Below are positions 13,207 to 25,076 of a stretch of 64,000 nucleotides of DNA, one piece after another. Under the pieces are notes generated by a model, which was not told the origin of the DNA, did not search any database, and was given only the letters and a program-made list of their open reading frames with translations. The translations under genes and the position numbers were made by a program. Numbering within the stretch: the stretch's first letter is position 1; every line of letters starts with the position of its first letter. Source of the stretch: Pseudovirgaria hyperparasitica (Eukaryota); assembly GCA_010093815.1 (NCBI GenBank), contig ML996570.1; one strand, 5' to 3'.

Positions 13207-14992
13207 ATGTTGCTCCAGCTTCCCAACGAGCTGCTGATCGCCATCACGGCAGAGGTCAGTCGAGTGATAGTCGCCATGCCTGGTATCAAGTATCAAGAGT
13301 TGACCGTCTCAGATCAAGGACTTTGTTGCCTTGCTAGCTCTCGCAGAAATTTCGCCTCGCACCTATGCTATCGCCATGCCGTTCTATGAACAGGAAATCA
13401 AGACCTTTCACCCCCAAGACCCGCTCCTCAAAGCGACGTACCGCGGCTGTACATTCGCAGTCGAAACGCTTTTGAAGCAGCGAAAGGACCCGGCAAGCAA
13501 ATGGATGCGTGGCATCAGCAAGGTAACCTCTTGGCCTCCTACTATGCTCCGTCGATATTTCTGACACGCGCAGGGCTATCTCACCCACAACTTCGCGCTG
13601 CTGCATGCCGTCGAACATGGCCAAATGGACATTGCTAGGCTCCTACTTGAGCATGGCACGAACCCAGAGACTAGACGCGGCAGGCAGGGCACCGTTTTGC
13701 AGTTCGCAGCGTGTATTGGCAATCCAGCCATGGCGCAGCTGTTGCTCTCGCACGGAGCAGATCCGAACGCCACGGGCGGCGCGAATGGCTTCGCGTTACG
13801 CGCAGCAGCGCAAGCCGGTCATCTGGAGGTTATCAAGGTATTGCTTGACGGGGGCGCCAAAGTCAATATGCGACACAGACGCGACTCCGCAACAGCACTG
13901 CAGTCGGCAGTGCGGAACAGGCACAATGCAGTTGCAATGTACCTGCTGAGTCGTGGGGCCGATGACAACGAACATGACGATGACGATTCCTTTGCGGCCG
14001 GCAAGACATTCCGTGCAGCTCTCGACGTGCATCAGAGGCACGGCAACATGGAGATATTGACGGAGCTCGTGTCCAGGCTGGAAGTCGACTCCCTCGCCGC
14101 AGTCAACAGTCTAGCATCAGCCGCCAAATCCGGCGACGCAGCCATCGTCAACCTCCTCCTCCACCACGGCATCGACATCACCAAGACCGGCGTCCGCGCC
14201 CTCGGCATCGCCGCCCGAGCCGGCCACCTCCCGATCCTCAAAATCCTCATCGCCGCCGGCGCAAACATCAACGGCCAAAACCACACCAAAGGCACCGCCC
14301 TCCTCCGCGCATCCATCGCCGGCCACACCGCCTGCGTCAGCCACCTCCTCGCCCACGGCGCCCTCGTCAACATCACCACCCCATCCGGCGCCCGCCTCAT
14401 CCACAACGGCTGGTCCTGGACCCCGCACTTCAGCACCGCCCTCCAGGCCGCCTGCTGGCACGACCACACCCCCATCGCACAACTCCTCCTCGACGCCGGC
14501 GCAGACCCAAACACCTCCTCCGCCGCCCGCTGGTTCGCCCCGCTCAACCTCGCCGCCTACCGCGGCAACATCGCCCTCGTCCGCCTGCTCCTCGACGCCG
14601 GCGCCGATGCTTCCGCGCGTGGACAAAAGTACGCCGACACCGCCCTCCAGGCCGCCACACAGCGTCGTCGTCACGATATCGTGCAGCTTCTCCTTGACCG
14701 CGGCGCCCGCATCGATGGCTCTGGCGCGCTGCAGAATGCGTGTGGGGCGCGGTATGCCGAGGTGGGCGATGTCGCGCTTGTGCGTTTGTTGCTGGCGCGT
14801 GGTGCGGATCCGAATGAGCGGGCGGATGCGTATGCTGTTACGGGGTATATTAGTGCGATGAATGGGCCGGGTGAGGTGTTTGTTAGTGCGCTTGAGGTTG
14901 CGAGGCGGCGGGATGGTGGTGGTGGTGAGGGCTTGGGCGGTGATGCGGGGGAGATTGTTGAGTTGTTGCTTCAGCATGGTGCGGTGGGGTGA
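13207..14992 (+). CDS. Ankyrin-repeat protein with N-terminal F-box-like motif
   Basis: Exon 1 MLLQLPNELLIAITAE. Introns 13255-13312 and about 13523-13573 join in frame to the 13625-14992 ORF, which carries many ALxxAAxxGHxxxVxLLLxxGADxN repeats. Confidence 0.85.
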
Positions 14993-15412
14993 GTGTGTGT
15001 GTGTGTGTTTGTGCTGTATACATGGGCACGTATTCGCTATCTTACTAGGTTGTTGTTCGTGGGGTTTGTTGTGTTGTATTATCACTATACCTCGAGCTCT
15101 GAGGCTCTGACGTTCTGTTCTATTTATAGCAGCAGCAGCAGCAGCACGCTTCCAACACCACACCAACATACCATCATTCAACCATCCATGCTCTCCTCTC
15201 TGAATAATAATAATAAGAATAATAATCACTTATCCATCCATCCATCCATCCACCCACTACACATAGAAAATGCACCTTCCCAATCCCAAACATAATCTCG
15301 ATCTCAAATCTCAAATCTCAAACCTCAAACCTCAAACCCCAAACCCCCCCTGGACCCCTGACCCCTCAAAACCCCCAGATCCGGCCCCCTGCAACACACC
15401 ACGCTTCATAAC

Positions 15413-15413
<1 letters not shown>

Positions 15414-15507
<94 letters not shown>

Positions 15508-15517
15508 NNNNNNNNNN

Positions 15518-15607
<90 letters not shown>
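15414..15607. repeat. (CA)n microsatellite containing an assembly gap
   Basis: Perfect CA dinucleotide run on both sides of 10 N. Confidence 0.98.
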
Positions 15608-15614
<7 letters not shown>

Positions 15615-16005
15615 TACCCTTCCCATCTCACCCACGCCCTCCACACGCGGCGAATAGTGTGTTAGTAGTGTTGCAGGTTTGTATCGTGTAGTCTTGGTTT
15701 GTGTATGCATGCATGAATTTGGGGGCGTGCTTAGAGAACGGGGGAGATTGTATGCATGTGTGTATAATATCTCATCCTGCCCCGGCCTATGCGATGCGAT
15801 GTATGCTGGTGGATGGAATGAACTTTGCTACTACTAATTTTTCTTGTTTTTTCTGAAAATAGGCGTCTTTTCTTCCTTGGTTTTAAAGCTTGTTGATTTC
15901 AAACGGGTTATCGCTCGTTGTTGCTGTTGAGTGCAGTGACTGGTTCACTGATCTTATTTTATTGTAATACGACGACCAGGCTCAAAGACATCACGAGCTC
16001 GAAAC

Positions 16006-16554
16006 ATGGCGCGACTACAGCAACAAGCTTCCTCTACACCACTTCTCCTCATCCTCCTCGTAACCCTACTGGCCCTCTCCTCGGCTCCCACCCTCACACT
16101 CGCATCGCCCACCACGAGCAAAACCACAAACCAGCACACGGTAGCACTCATCCACCCCCGCCAAGCAGCCTCAGCAACACCCGACACGCGCTGCACAAGC
16201 TACCTCCAAACTGCACGTCTGGCAACAGTAGGCGGCAACAGCACATACCGCACCGCATACCTACAACTCTCCCGCCAAGGCACAAACGCCAACCGGGTGC
16301 TTCTCAACGCCGCCGTGGCAGCGCTGCCGGCGCTGACGGTGGACAAGGGGCTGAATGCGCAGTGCGGGAACCTGACGGAGCGGGTGGCGGCGCAGACGGA
16401 GGAGGAGTTTTTCGGGGCTGGGGTTGTGCTTGGGATTGGCGGGGTGGGCGGGTTGGACAGTCCGCCAGGGAAGATTGTGGGGAGTGATTGGACGTTGGTG
16501 TTGATTGTGGCGGCGATGTTGGGGGTTATGATGGGGACGTGGAGTATGTTGTGA
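16006..16554 (+). CDS. Small secreted / possibly GPI-anchored hypothetical protein
   Basis: Intronless 182-aa ORF with an N-terminal hydrophobic signal-like segment (LLLILLVTLLALSSA), two Cys and a C-terminal hydrophobic tail (WTLVLIVAAMLGVMMGTWSML). Confidence 0.7.
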   Translation: MARLQQQASSTPLLLILLVTLLALSSAPTLTLASPTTSKTTNQHTVALIHPRQAASATPDTRCTSYLQTARLATVGGNSTYRTAYLQLSRQGTNANRVLLNAAVAALPALTVDKGLNAQCGNLTERVAAQTEEEFFGAGVVLGIGGVGGLDSPPGKIVGSDWTLVLIVAAMLGVMMGTWSML

Positions 16555-16680
16555 GGGTGAGGTGGTTTGCAGGCTTATGAGAGATGAGGGATGTGTGTGT
16601 GTGCAGAGATGGGTGGGGTATTTGAGTGTCTATTGTTATATTTTGCTGAATGAATATATGCATACATACATGTCGATACG

Positions 16681-18078
16681 TTAGTACTCGTCGTCGGTGA
16701 CGTTCTCGTCGGCCATGCCGGCAAGACGTTCCGTCTCGCCGCCGAGCAAGGGTGCTCTCTCGCCCTCCTTTCTTGCGTAGTGTCCTCCCAAGGAGATGGC
16801 TAGTGTAGACAAGCCATGTACCATCGTCGAGCCAAGCACAATAAAGCAGATGATCGGCCAGACAATGTCTATCGCCCGTTGCTGATCTTCCGGCAAGTCG
16901 TGGGGTGGGTATGGCAGTGGGACGGACGAATCCGTCTCCAATTGCGCACGAGCTTCCATGGCCAGGAACAATGCCCCAACCCCCATGGGCCCGAAGTGGC
17001 CGGTGAAGAGAGCTTCCCACCACGTCTTGATGCTTGGAATCCATGGCTTGAGCACCAGCACGGCTGGAATACGTCGAAATAGCAGCACGAGCACTAGCAG
17101 ACCGAAAAGGCGCGGAATAGTGATCGGATCCAGTGTAAAGTCCGCCCAAGGGATGATAGTCCCGAAAAAGATGAACATTGTGGAGTTTAGGAGCAGATCG
17201 ATGATCTGTGAAAGCTGCGACTCCTGAATCGGGGAGACGCCGTCGCGGGAAAAGGCGATGCCGGCACTGAAGGCAACCAGGAAATCGTCGAGGCCTAGAG
17301 TGCTTGCAAGGCCGACGCTGAAAAGGGCAAGGAGAAGATAGGAGACCAGAAACGACTCGCGACCAATGAGTGATGTGTTGCGGGCGTAGTGGAATATTTT
17401 GTTGAAGATATAGCCAACCACGAGACCTGTAATCACACCCAAGATGCACTGGTACAAGATGCTTATCAACAACCACTTCTTGAAGAAACCGCCGATAGTG
17501 AATCGAACAAGAAGACTGAGTCCAACATAAAGAAAAGGAAATGAGATGCCATCATTGCATCCAGACTCTGCTTGTAGGAGAAGTCTCAGTCTCTTTGGGA
17601 CTCTCTCAGAAAACTGCGAATGGGCCAGGATACTGGAAGCCAGAACTGGATCAGTCGGCGTGAGGCATGCAGCAACTGTGAGCGCGGTAGGAATGTCGGT
17701 TCCAAAGAGCAGCGCCACAAAAACAGCACATATGAGCCATCCATATGCCATGACCGGGCCAAGGAGCATCGAGAGGCTGCGAATGTTCTTCCTCATGTAC
17801 ATACGCGGAAGCTCCACGCCAATAGCGAAACACTCGACGCCGAGGACTACACGAGTCAGCTCTTGAACGACATTATCGCCGTAGCTCCAAGCATGAGGCT
17901 TCAGAATGTCCAGTCCCCTAGGACCACACGCTATCCCAAACAGAGTTGCAAGCGGAGGCTCTGACAGATGCAGACGGTTTCGAATGAAAGCCGAGAAGAT
18001 GGCATAGGCAATGAGGAAGAGTGAGAGAAACAGATAAGTTAGATGAGGCCCAGTAGGCTCAAGCTGCGACCAAGCCAT
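16681..18078 (-). CDS. Na+(K+)/H+ antiporter, CPA1 family (Nha1/Sod2-like, short C-terminus)
   Basis: Intronless 465 aa with many TM helices. Motifs GVELP, ACLTPTDPVLA, AESGCNDG, GLDDFL, GHFGPMGVGA, STMVHG. Confidence 0.93.
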   Translation of the reverse strand: MAWSQLEPTGPHLTYLFLSLFLIAYAIFSAFIRNRLHLSEPPLATLFGIACGPRGLDILKPHAWSYGDNVVQELTRVVLGVECFAIGVELPRMYMRKNIRSLSMLLGPVMAYGWLICAVFVALLFGTDIPTALTVAACLTPTDPVLASSILAHSQFSERVPKRLRLLLQAESGCNDGISFPFLYVGLSLLVRFTIGGFFKKWLLISILYQCILGVITGLVVGYIFNKIFHYARNTSLIGRESFLVSYLLLALFSVGLASTLGLDDFLVAFSAGIAFSRDGVSPIQESQLSQIIDLLLNSTMFIFFGTIIPWADFTLDPITIPRLFGLLVLVLLFRRIPAVLVLKPWIPSIKTWWEALFTGHFGPMGVGALFLAMEARAQLETDSSVPLPYPPHDLPEDQQRAIDIVWPIICFIVLGSTMVHGLSTLAISLGGHYARKEGERAPLLGGETERLAGMADENVTDDEY

Positions 18079-18671
18079 GATACAGTGCAGTGTAAGGGAC
18101 GAGTTCAGTGGTGTATAGCTCTACAAGGATGCAGAGAATTGACAGGGAGATGCGAAGTATGCATGTGGATGAGAACGAGCAATTGGTGTGAGACAGTTGG
18201 ATGTGAGTAAGTAAGAATTAGAACTGTGTTGTAGAAGATAAGAAAAATGTCCCGTCACGACGATGACGACTAAGCTGCTCACTACGATTCGGTACGATCT
18301 AATCTGAGGGTAACTTAATTATTGATACCTTAGAATTAAGGCTAATAACTCGCTTCCAATCAGAGCCACAAAGCTTAATGCATAATTAATTAGTTTAGTC
18401 ATGCACCGGCCCTGACGATCATTATATCACACCCGTTTGTTGCTCCTGTCCACTTTGCGCTGCGTTGTACCAAATCCGTTATCACAGTACAATCTGTCAA
18501 AGGCGAAGTCGGTTCGCCCTTCACGCGCAAGAGTTCTCGACTGAGACAGAAATACATACAGTATGTGATTGGTAATCATTATCGATGTGTACATGTTTTT
18601 TACATAGTCCCGGCGCAAAGATAACCAGCACTTGGTAGTCAAGCAACCAGCATTCATCCAAGCTATCCAGC

Positions 18672-19753
18672 TTAGATCCTCTCGGCCTCATCCAAGAGGG
18701 TTTGCAGTTCAAAAGTGCTGTCGCCGCGAGTGAACGACTCCAGCAGGCGTTTCCGCTCAGCCCGTTGCTCGGCTTGTACGCCATAGAACTTCTGCATGCA
18801 CATAAGCAGCCATTTCCCCTCATCTACAGTGACGCCTCTGCCCTGCATGACAGTCCCCTGTCCAAGGACGAGTCCTTTCGTTTGCGCGAGCTCGGTATGG
18901 AATGTGACAGTGGTATGTGCGTTTGCGTATTCACCGCGTAGTTTGTACTCGGCCAGGTGCGTGAAAAGCACTGTCACGGCGTGTTCTGTTGGGAAGTTCC
19001 ATTGCATGAAATGGATCTCAGCTGCCGCGTTCGACGCCTGCGCTTCTCCAGCAGTCGCAGCAGCACTACCATCTTCGACGGGCACTTCCCGTGGGAGTGG
19101 CAAGACGAATTGCGGGTGCTGACGGGCCATCTTTACGATTGCACCCCACGTATCTGCGGGCACTGCAAATGACAAAGATTGCTCCTTGTGGGCATGTCGA
19201 AGCCGCCATAGAGGTTCAATCTGCGATGTAGGTAGGTCGGATATTTTTTCGAGGTCGAGGTACGAGGACAGGGGCTTCACGGAGCTGTTTGCTTTGGGAA
19301 AAGAGGATGGCGCTCTTGGGCTCGAGGCTTTCGTTGTATCTTGTGATGGTGCAGATGATGCTGCTGGTTTTGAGTCTGCTTTGGGGGATATAGCTTGCGC
19401 GGTATCGAGTGGCGCTGTCGCTCCAGGCACCGCAGCCTTCTTCCTTAGCTCTTGGATTTTCTCCTTGTAGGCATCTTTCAGGCCTTCAATCGACTCATGG
19501 CCCTCCCTGCACGACACATTCATCAGCCCCAGTACCATCTCCATGACAAGAGTCTCATAGATGATCTTACATACTCTCTCGCTCTGCGTTCAAGCTGATC
19601 CCGATATTTCTCTATAGTCCGTTCTTGGACGTTCTGTGTCGCAAGAAAGCGTACGTCCTGTACTTGGGCCCATCGTTTCTGACAGTAGCCCGGTCGTAAT
19701 GAGGACCGCGATAGAATGCGGGGAATCTGTTGTATGTGAGGGAGGAGAGGCAT
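18672..19753 (-). CDS. ATP11: Mitochondrial F1-ATPase assembly chaperone Atp11
   Basis: Presequence-like exon 1 ending KYRDQLERRARE, intron about 19573-19508, then VKPLSSYLDLEK, LWRLRHA, PQFVLPLPR, IHFMQW, LFTHLAEYKLRGEYA, KGLVLGQG, QKFY. Confidence 0.93.
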
Positions 19754-21040
19754 GACTGAAGCTTGTGAAAGCTAATTATTGCCTGCGGATTATCGATGCA
19801 TCGTGCGTGCCATCATCTCGCCTTGTCCATTGTATATATCTACCGGAGAAACGCCGCAGCCAATCAGAAACGAGGAACCGGGGTTGGATACAGGACGATA
19901 GACAACAGGCAACAGACAACGAACAAAGAGAAAGGCCAGTCTGATGATACAGGGCTATGTGAGAGTCGTCTTGTGTGTGACTAACAATACATCTCATGTG
20001 ACGGAAGTACGTGGTCGTCTTCGTCGATTCACGAGGCTGAGTCTGAGTCTGAGTCTGAGGCTCAGGCACCTGCATAGGTAGAACATGAGAGTTGACGCGC
20101 ATGTCACAGGGCTGAATCTATCGGTTGTGTAGCGGCGCCGACGAACAGCTGGTCCGACGGTTGGAGACTTGAGAGATAAGATTGTACGCCATGTATAGAG
20201 AGCGTGGCAGTGTTTACGAGTATATGACCTGCGCGCGGGGATGTGTATTGTTTACTATTATCGAATGAATGAATCAATGAGTGAATAGACTATGCCCTGA
20301 AGATGCGAGAATGAATGAATGCGGCGTAAAGACGCCACCCGCAACTGAGGATGATGATGACGGCGCGAGGGGCTGCAGCTGATCCGTCGGGGGCACACAG
20401 CCTGACCTTAATGTTATTCACTTTGACCACTGCCTGTAGTAGGAGGCGGAAGACAATGAGTATATCTTCTGCGCAATAATAGTACCACCCACTCGTCTGC
20501 AAGACATCCTTGGCTGACATTTATTGTCTCTTAATCTCACTCACACACTCTCTCTCTTGGACCCTTGGGAATGGTCTACCACTGTTTAAAGCAACACACG
20601 AATGCGGCCAGAGTAGCTAATTAGGTAGCGGACGTGGGCGCGTCCCCTCTCATCATTTTATTCTCTCTATTTACCCTCACGCACCACCTCTGCCTATACA
20701 TAATAATACACCTACACACACACACCCACCCACTCTTCGATCTCGATCTTCGCCTGTGCCTTGCAGCTCTCCTTACATGCGCTGCTCCTCGCTGTCGCCA
20801 ATCCGCCCTTCACCAGCTATTCCCACCATACCCTTGTCCGATCACGCTCGTCCCCTTCATCCACTCGCACACCCTTCAACATCACCACCGTCGGTTCGCT
20901 GTCTCACCACCTCCTCCATTCGAGGAGCAGGCCGTGTACGGATTAAAAGCCTCGCAGCCGTTGCGCCATATAAGGCCACTAGTCATACACACATTTTTGT
21001 CGCATAGAGACTGCACTCAGGGCGTTCGCATCGCGTCGCG

Positions 21041-24000
21041 ATGGGTAACGTTAGCAGTAGGTCCGGGGATGGAGAGGGGCTTCAACTTAGAGATCAGAGC
21101 AGATGTACGTACACTCAAAACACTGACGTTCTTGCGCACTAATCCTCATGTTCAATTCAGTCTCGATAGCATCTGTTGTTATATCAAACTCCTCGCGAAC
21201 TCTCCTCAATGTTACGCCAAATGCCTTCCCTGCAAGTAGATTCAATGTAAAGAGAGATATCGGCGACGACTCCATTGTAGAATATGTACAGGTACGCTGC
21301 GACTCAGCCAGTCACTGAGCGACGAGCTCCAGCTGAATTATATTAGGATCCAGAAAGTGCACTATCTAGCGGCCCACCCGCGTTTCTCTTACGGCTTTCC
21401 AACGACGACACGCTCACTTTTACCTTTACATTCGTACTAAGACAAAGTACGGCATTCAGCAATACTCCAGCTGCCACGAATGGCACTGACAACCCTGCAA
21501 TTGTACCCATCGATACAAACGTTAGCAATCTCACATACATTTGCACGTCGGGTACTCGAGAACTCGAGCAACTGGTCAATGTCGAGTTCCATGCGGATCC
21601 AAACCTTCACAAGAACCCGAAAGTCCAGCTGGTCGGCGACTTCACAACTGGCGGATCGCCTTCGGTGCAAGCACAATGGTCATGGACGTGGAAGCCACCA
21701 AAGCCAACCGAAGACAGAGGGGGAGGATGGCGCAACAGCTGCAGTGTATGCATTCAGGGTCCTATTGTATGGTCGACTATTGCTAACTTCTTCCAGTTTG
21801 TAGAATATGACCAGCGTGCACATCGCCTGAATACTCTGGCAACATTTGCGTTTTGGGTTCAGAGTAAGTGGAACACGCCTCTGTGTGCGTCTGCCACCTT
21901 TTAATTCACCACCAGATACCCGTCTTCCGCGAACGCCAAATCTCCTCTTACCCCCTTCCGAAATGAATACCCCACAGCGACTACGACTACCCTCGAACCA
22001 ATCAATGGACTCACGACTCAGCGAATCAGACGTAGAAATGGGCCGGGAACCTCAATCACCCGTTTTTGATGCCATTCCTGAAAACAATCTCGGACTCATC
22101 CCATCGATACCCACAATCAAGTCCGACTCTACAGCTCCTACGCGAACCGGTGATGAACCTGCTTCCCAAGAGCCCAACGATCTACTCTTCCAAGCAGCAA
22201 AACGAGATTTCGAGCAGAGAACCAGCAACATCCGAGCTCGATGGAAGAAAGTTCTCAAGAAAGCGGAGACGGCATTGGACACCAAGGTCGTGGCGAACAA
22301 TGCCATGTCAGAGCTCATGGACGCTCTACGGGAGACCTTTGCGGCGAACGGTTCCAATGCGCTACCGAACATCAACCTCTTCTTCGACAAGACTGCAAAG
22401 GATCTTTTGTCCTACGAGCGGTCAACCACCGTGCAGATGAAAAATCACATTATAGACCCAATCACCAAACTTTATAACATAGACATCAAAGGTGCGGACG
22501 CCCGCCGAAAAGACTTTGATGAAAAGGAAAAGGAATACAATGCGTGGGTTCGTTGGTATTTGGGAAAGACCGAGACCTCTCTAAAAGAGAAAAAGCGGGC
22601 CGAAACGGACATCAAGTACCAAGCAAAAAAGAAAAACTTTGAGCTCAAGCGCTTCGACTACTCGTCGTTCATCGAGGACCTCCAAGGAGGCCGCAAAGAT
22701 CAAGAAGTCTTTCATCATCTCTTTCAGTACGCCGAGGCCCAGACAAGTAAATATCTCGATACAGCACACAAGATTGAGCAAATGAGGCCACAGCACGATG
22801 CTTTGCGGCTTGAGATCAAGCAGGCGAACGACGAATTTGACCTGCAGAGGCGACAGCGAGAAGAGAAGCGACGGGCTCTAGAGGTGAATTCCAAGGGACT
22901 CGGCGAGCAAACTGCATCCCCGAGTCTAGGCAATCACGCTAGCTTAGCACAGCCTACGGTGAGCAGGTCCTTGAGCGAGGATCCAACTCACAACTCGAGT
23001 ACGGCAACACCAAGATCTGTTTCTATGGTACCATCAATCCCAGGGCAAACACCAAGTGCTCCTACTGGTAGTACCCTGTCAGCGTATGAGAAGGAAGGGG
23101 TTCTGTATGCTCTGAGTCGTCCTGGAAGTCACGCTGATCCGAAGGGTCTCAACAAGCAAGCATGGCACAAGTAGGTATCGCCGACGGCTTATCAGGAAGC
23201 AAGCCTACTAACGACATTTAGGTTCTGGATCGTACTCAATCAAGGGAAGTTGCTCGAATACGCAAATTGGAAAGTAGCGCCAGAGCTACAAATGACGATT
23301 GATCTTCGAGTTGCCAGAGTCCAAGAAGCTCGAAACGCCGAGCGACGATTCTGCTTGGAAGTGCAGACTCCAAACTTCACTCGCGTATATCAAGATACCA
23401 GCGACGAGGGAGTCAAATCATGGATAGGGGCTATCCAAAATGCTATACAGAACGCCCTGGAGGCCCACATAGATAAACCTGCTCCCGATGGGAGTTCCGA
23501 TCAGAACCTCAACATCGCCACAGCGCTTACAGGAAAACCGTCCAAGCATTACTCTCTTTCCGGAAACCGCATGTCTTACCAGGGCGGGACTCCAAAGTCG
23601 AGTAATGCACCCTCACGATACAACACAACCGGAGGCAATCTGGCACGGCCCACGATACAGGACCAAGCTGTGTCTCCTCTTCTGCAGAAACTTCGAGAAG
23701 CGGATCAAGATAATCTCTACTGTGCAGATTGTTGTTCTGCAGACAAGAATGACTGGGTCTCGCTCAACTTGGGTATCATCATATGTTTCCAATGTAGCGG
23801 TGTACATAGGGGTCTCAGCCGCGACGTGTCGAAGATCGCTTCTTTGACCCTCGATACGACCCCATTCACACCTGATGTGGTTGAACTTTTGACAAGAATT
23901 GGAAACCGGAACAGCAACAACGTTTGGGAAGCCAAACTTGACCGGGCGCAACAGATCGGGCCTTTTTGCACCGAGGAACAAAGGAAGCAGTTCATCATTG

Positions 24001-24614
24001 CCAAATACAAGAAGAAGGCATTTGTTCGAAAGTTACCCGAAGCAATGCCTCACGTCCATTCTCCAGTCGAGCCACTCGTCATGGCGGTCAAGAAGAACGA
24101 CCTCCAAGGGGTTGTGTACGCTCTCGCTGTCCCCAAATCGACGGACACGGATGAAAATGCGGAGGTGACGGCAGCCATCAAGTTTCGAAAAGAGGCAGTC
24201 GACCCATCCCGAAAGACATCTGTAGTCTATCTGGCCCTAGCCGCTGCCGATCCTGCCTCTCCTGCCGCCACTGCGTCACCCCTTCACTCGCCCAACCCGG
24301 CCATAAATCGGCTATCAAACTCGATACGGAAGCTCTTCACTGTTGCTGAGCTACTGCTTCAGAACGGGTTCGAAATCCCCGTAGAAGACTCTCCCTTTCC
24401 CCTCTCACCATCTGCAAAACTATACCTGGAACAAAAGAAAGGCCAGCGATCAGGCATCCCGCCGCCGCTGCCCGTCACAGATGGCGCAGACGAGCAATAT
24501 ACCGCTCTCCCTCCCTTACCACAACCAAGTAACGACCGGTCTAGGTCGGACGGCAAGCTTCAGAAGCGCATCAGCACGACTAATCGGTTAACGAAGCCGC
24601 CCGGGATCCCGTAG
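21041..24614 (+). CDS. Arf GTPase-activating protein with BAR, PH and ArfGAP domains (Csx2/Age1-like)
   Basis: Start MGNVSSRSGDG at 21041. BAR-like helical region (FELKRFDYSSF), PH domain (KEGVLYALSRPGSHADPKGLNKQAWHK|FWIVL...ERRFCLEV), ArfGAP zinc finger CADC-x17-CFQCSGVHR. Multiple GT-AG introns. Confidence 0.92.
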
Positions 24615-25015
24615 GCCAACTTCACTCGTTGAAGCCGCAATCCTTCTTCTTCTTCTTCTTCTTCCTATCCTGCTTCCCCCTCCTCCCCGGCGCAATGGCG
24701 TTTTGGTTTACTGGGCTCGGCACGGGCAGTCATCTAATGAATGGCATACAAATATGATATCCAATTGCATAACAGCGATCGCACCCTCTTTCTTCCCCCC
24801 AACCCTGCAACCCCCTTCCTTCTATCCGCGGGACCTCAACGAACCTAAACCCAGAATATACTATGCTTTCGCAGTTGATGGCGTTGGTGTTCTTAATTTT
24901 AATTTTTTCTGGATTCGGTGCTTTGGAGAGAGAGAAAGGGGTCTTGGTGTAATGATGATGATTATAAATTTCTGTCTGGGTGGAGGGTGTGTATGGGTGT
25001 AGGCTTTGCGGGCTT

Positions 25016-25076
25016 TGAGGGCTTAAGAGGCATGAAGGCTTGAGGGCTTAAGAGGCATGAAGGCTTGAGGGCTCAA
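25016..25076. repeat. 25-bp minisatellite TGAGGGCTTAAGAGGCATGAAGGCT, two perfect copies plus a partial copy
   Basis: Copies at 25016-25040 and 25041-25065, degenerate continuation to about 25093. Confidence 0.85.

Noticed and set aside
14117..15229. 370-aa - strand ORF
   Set aside because: Antisense to the ankyrin gene, low-complexity translation, no motifs.
15270..15710. His-Thr / Cys-Val repeat ORFs
   Set aside because: Translations of the (CA)n microsatellite across an N gap.
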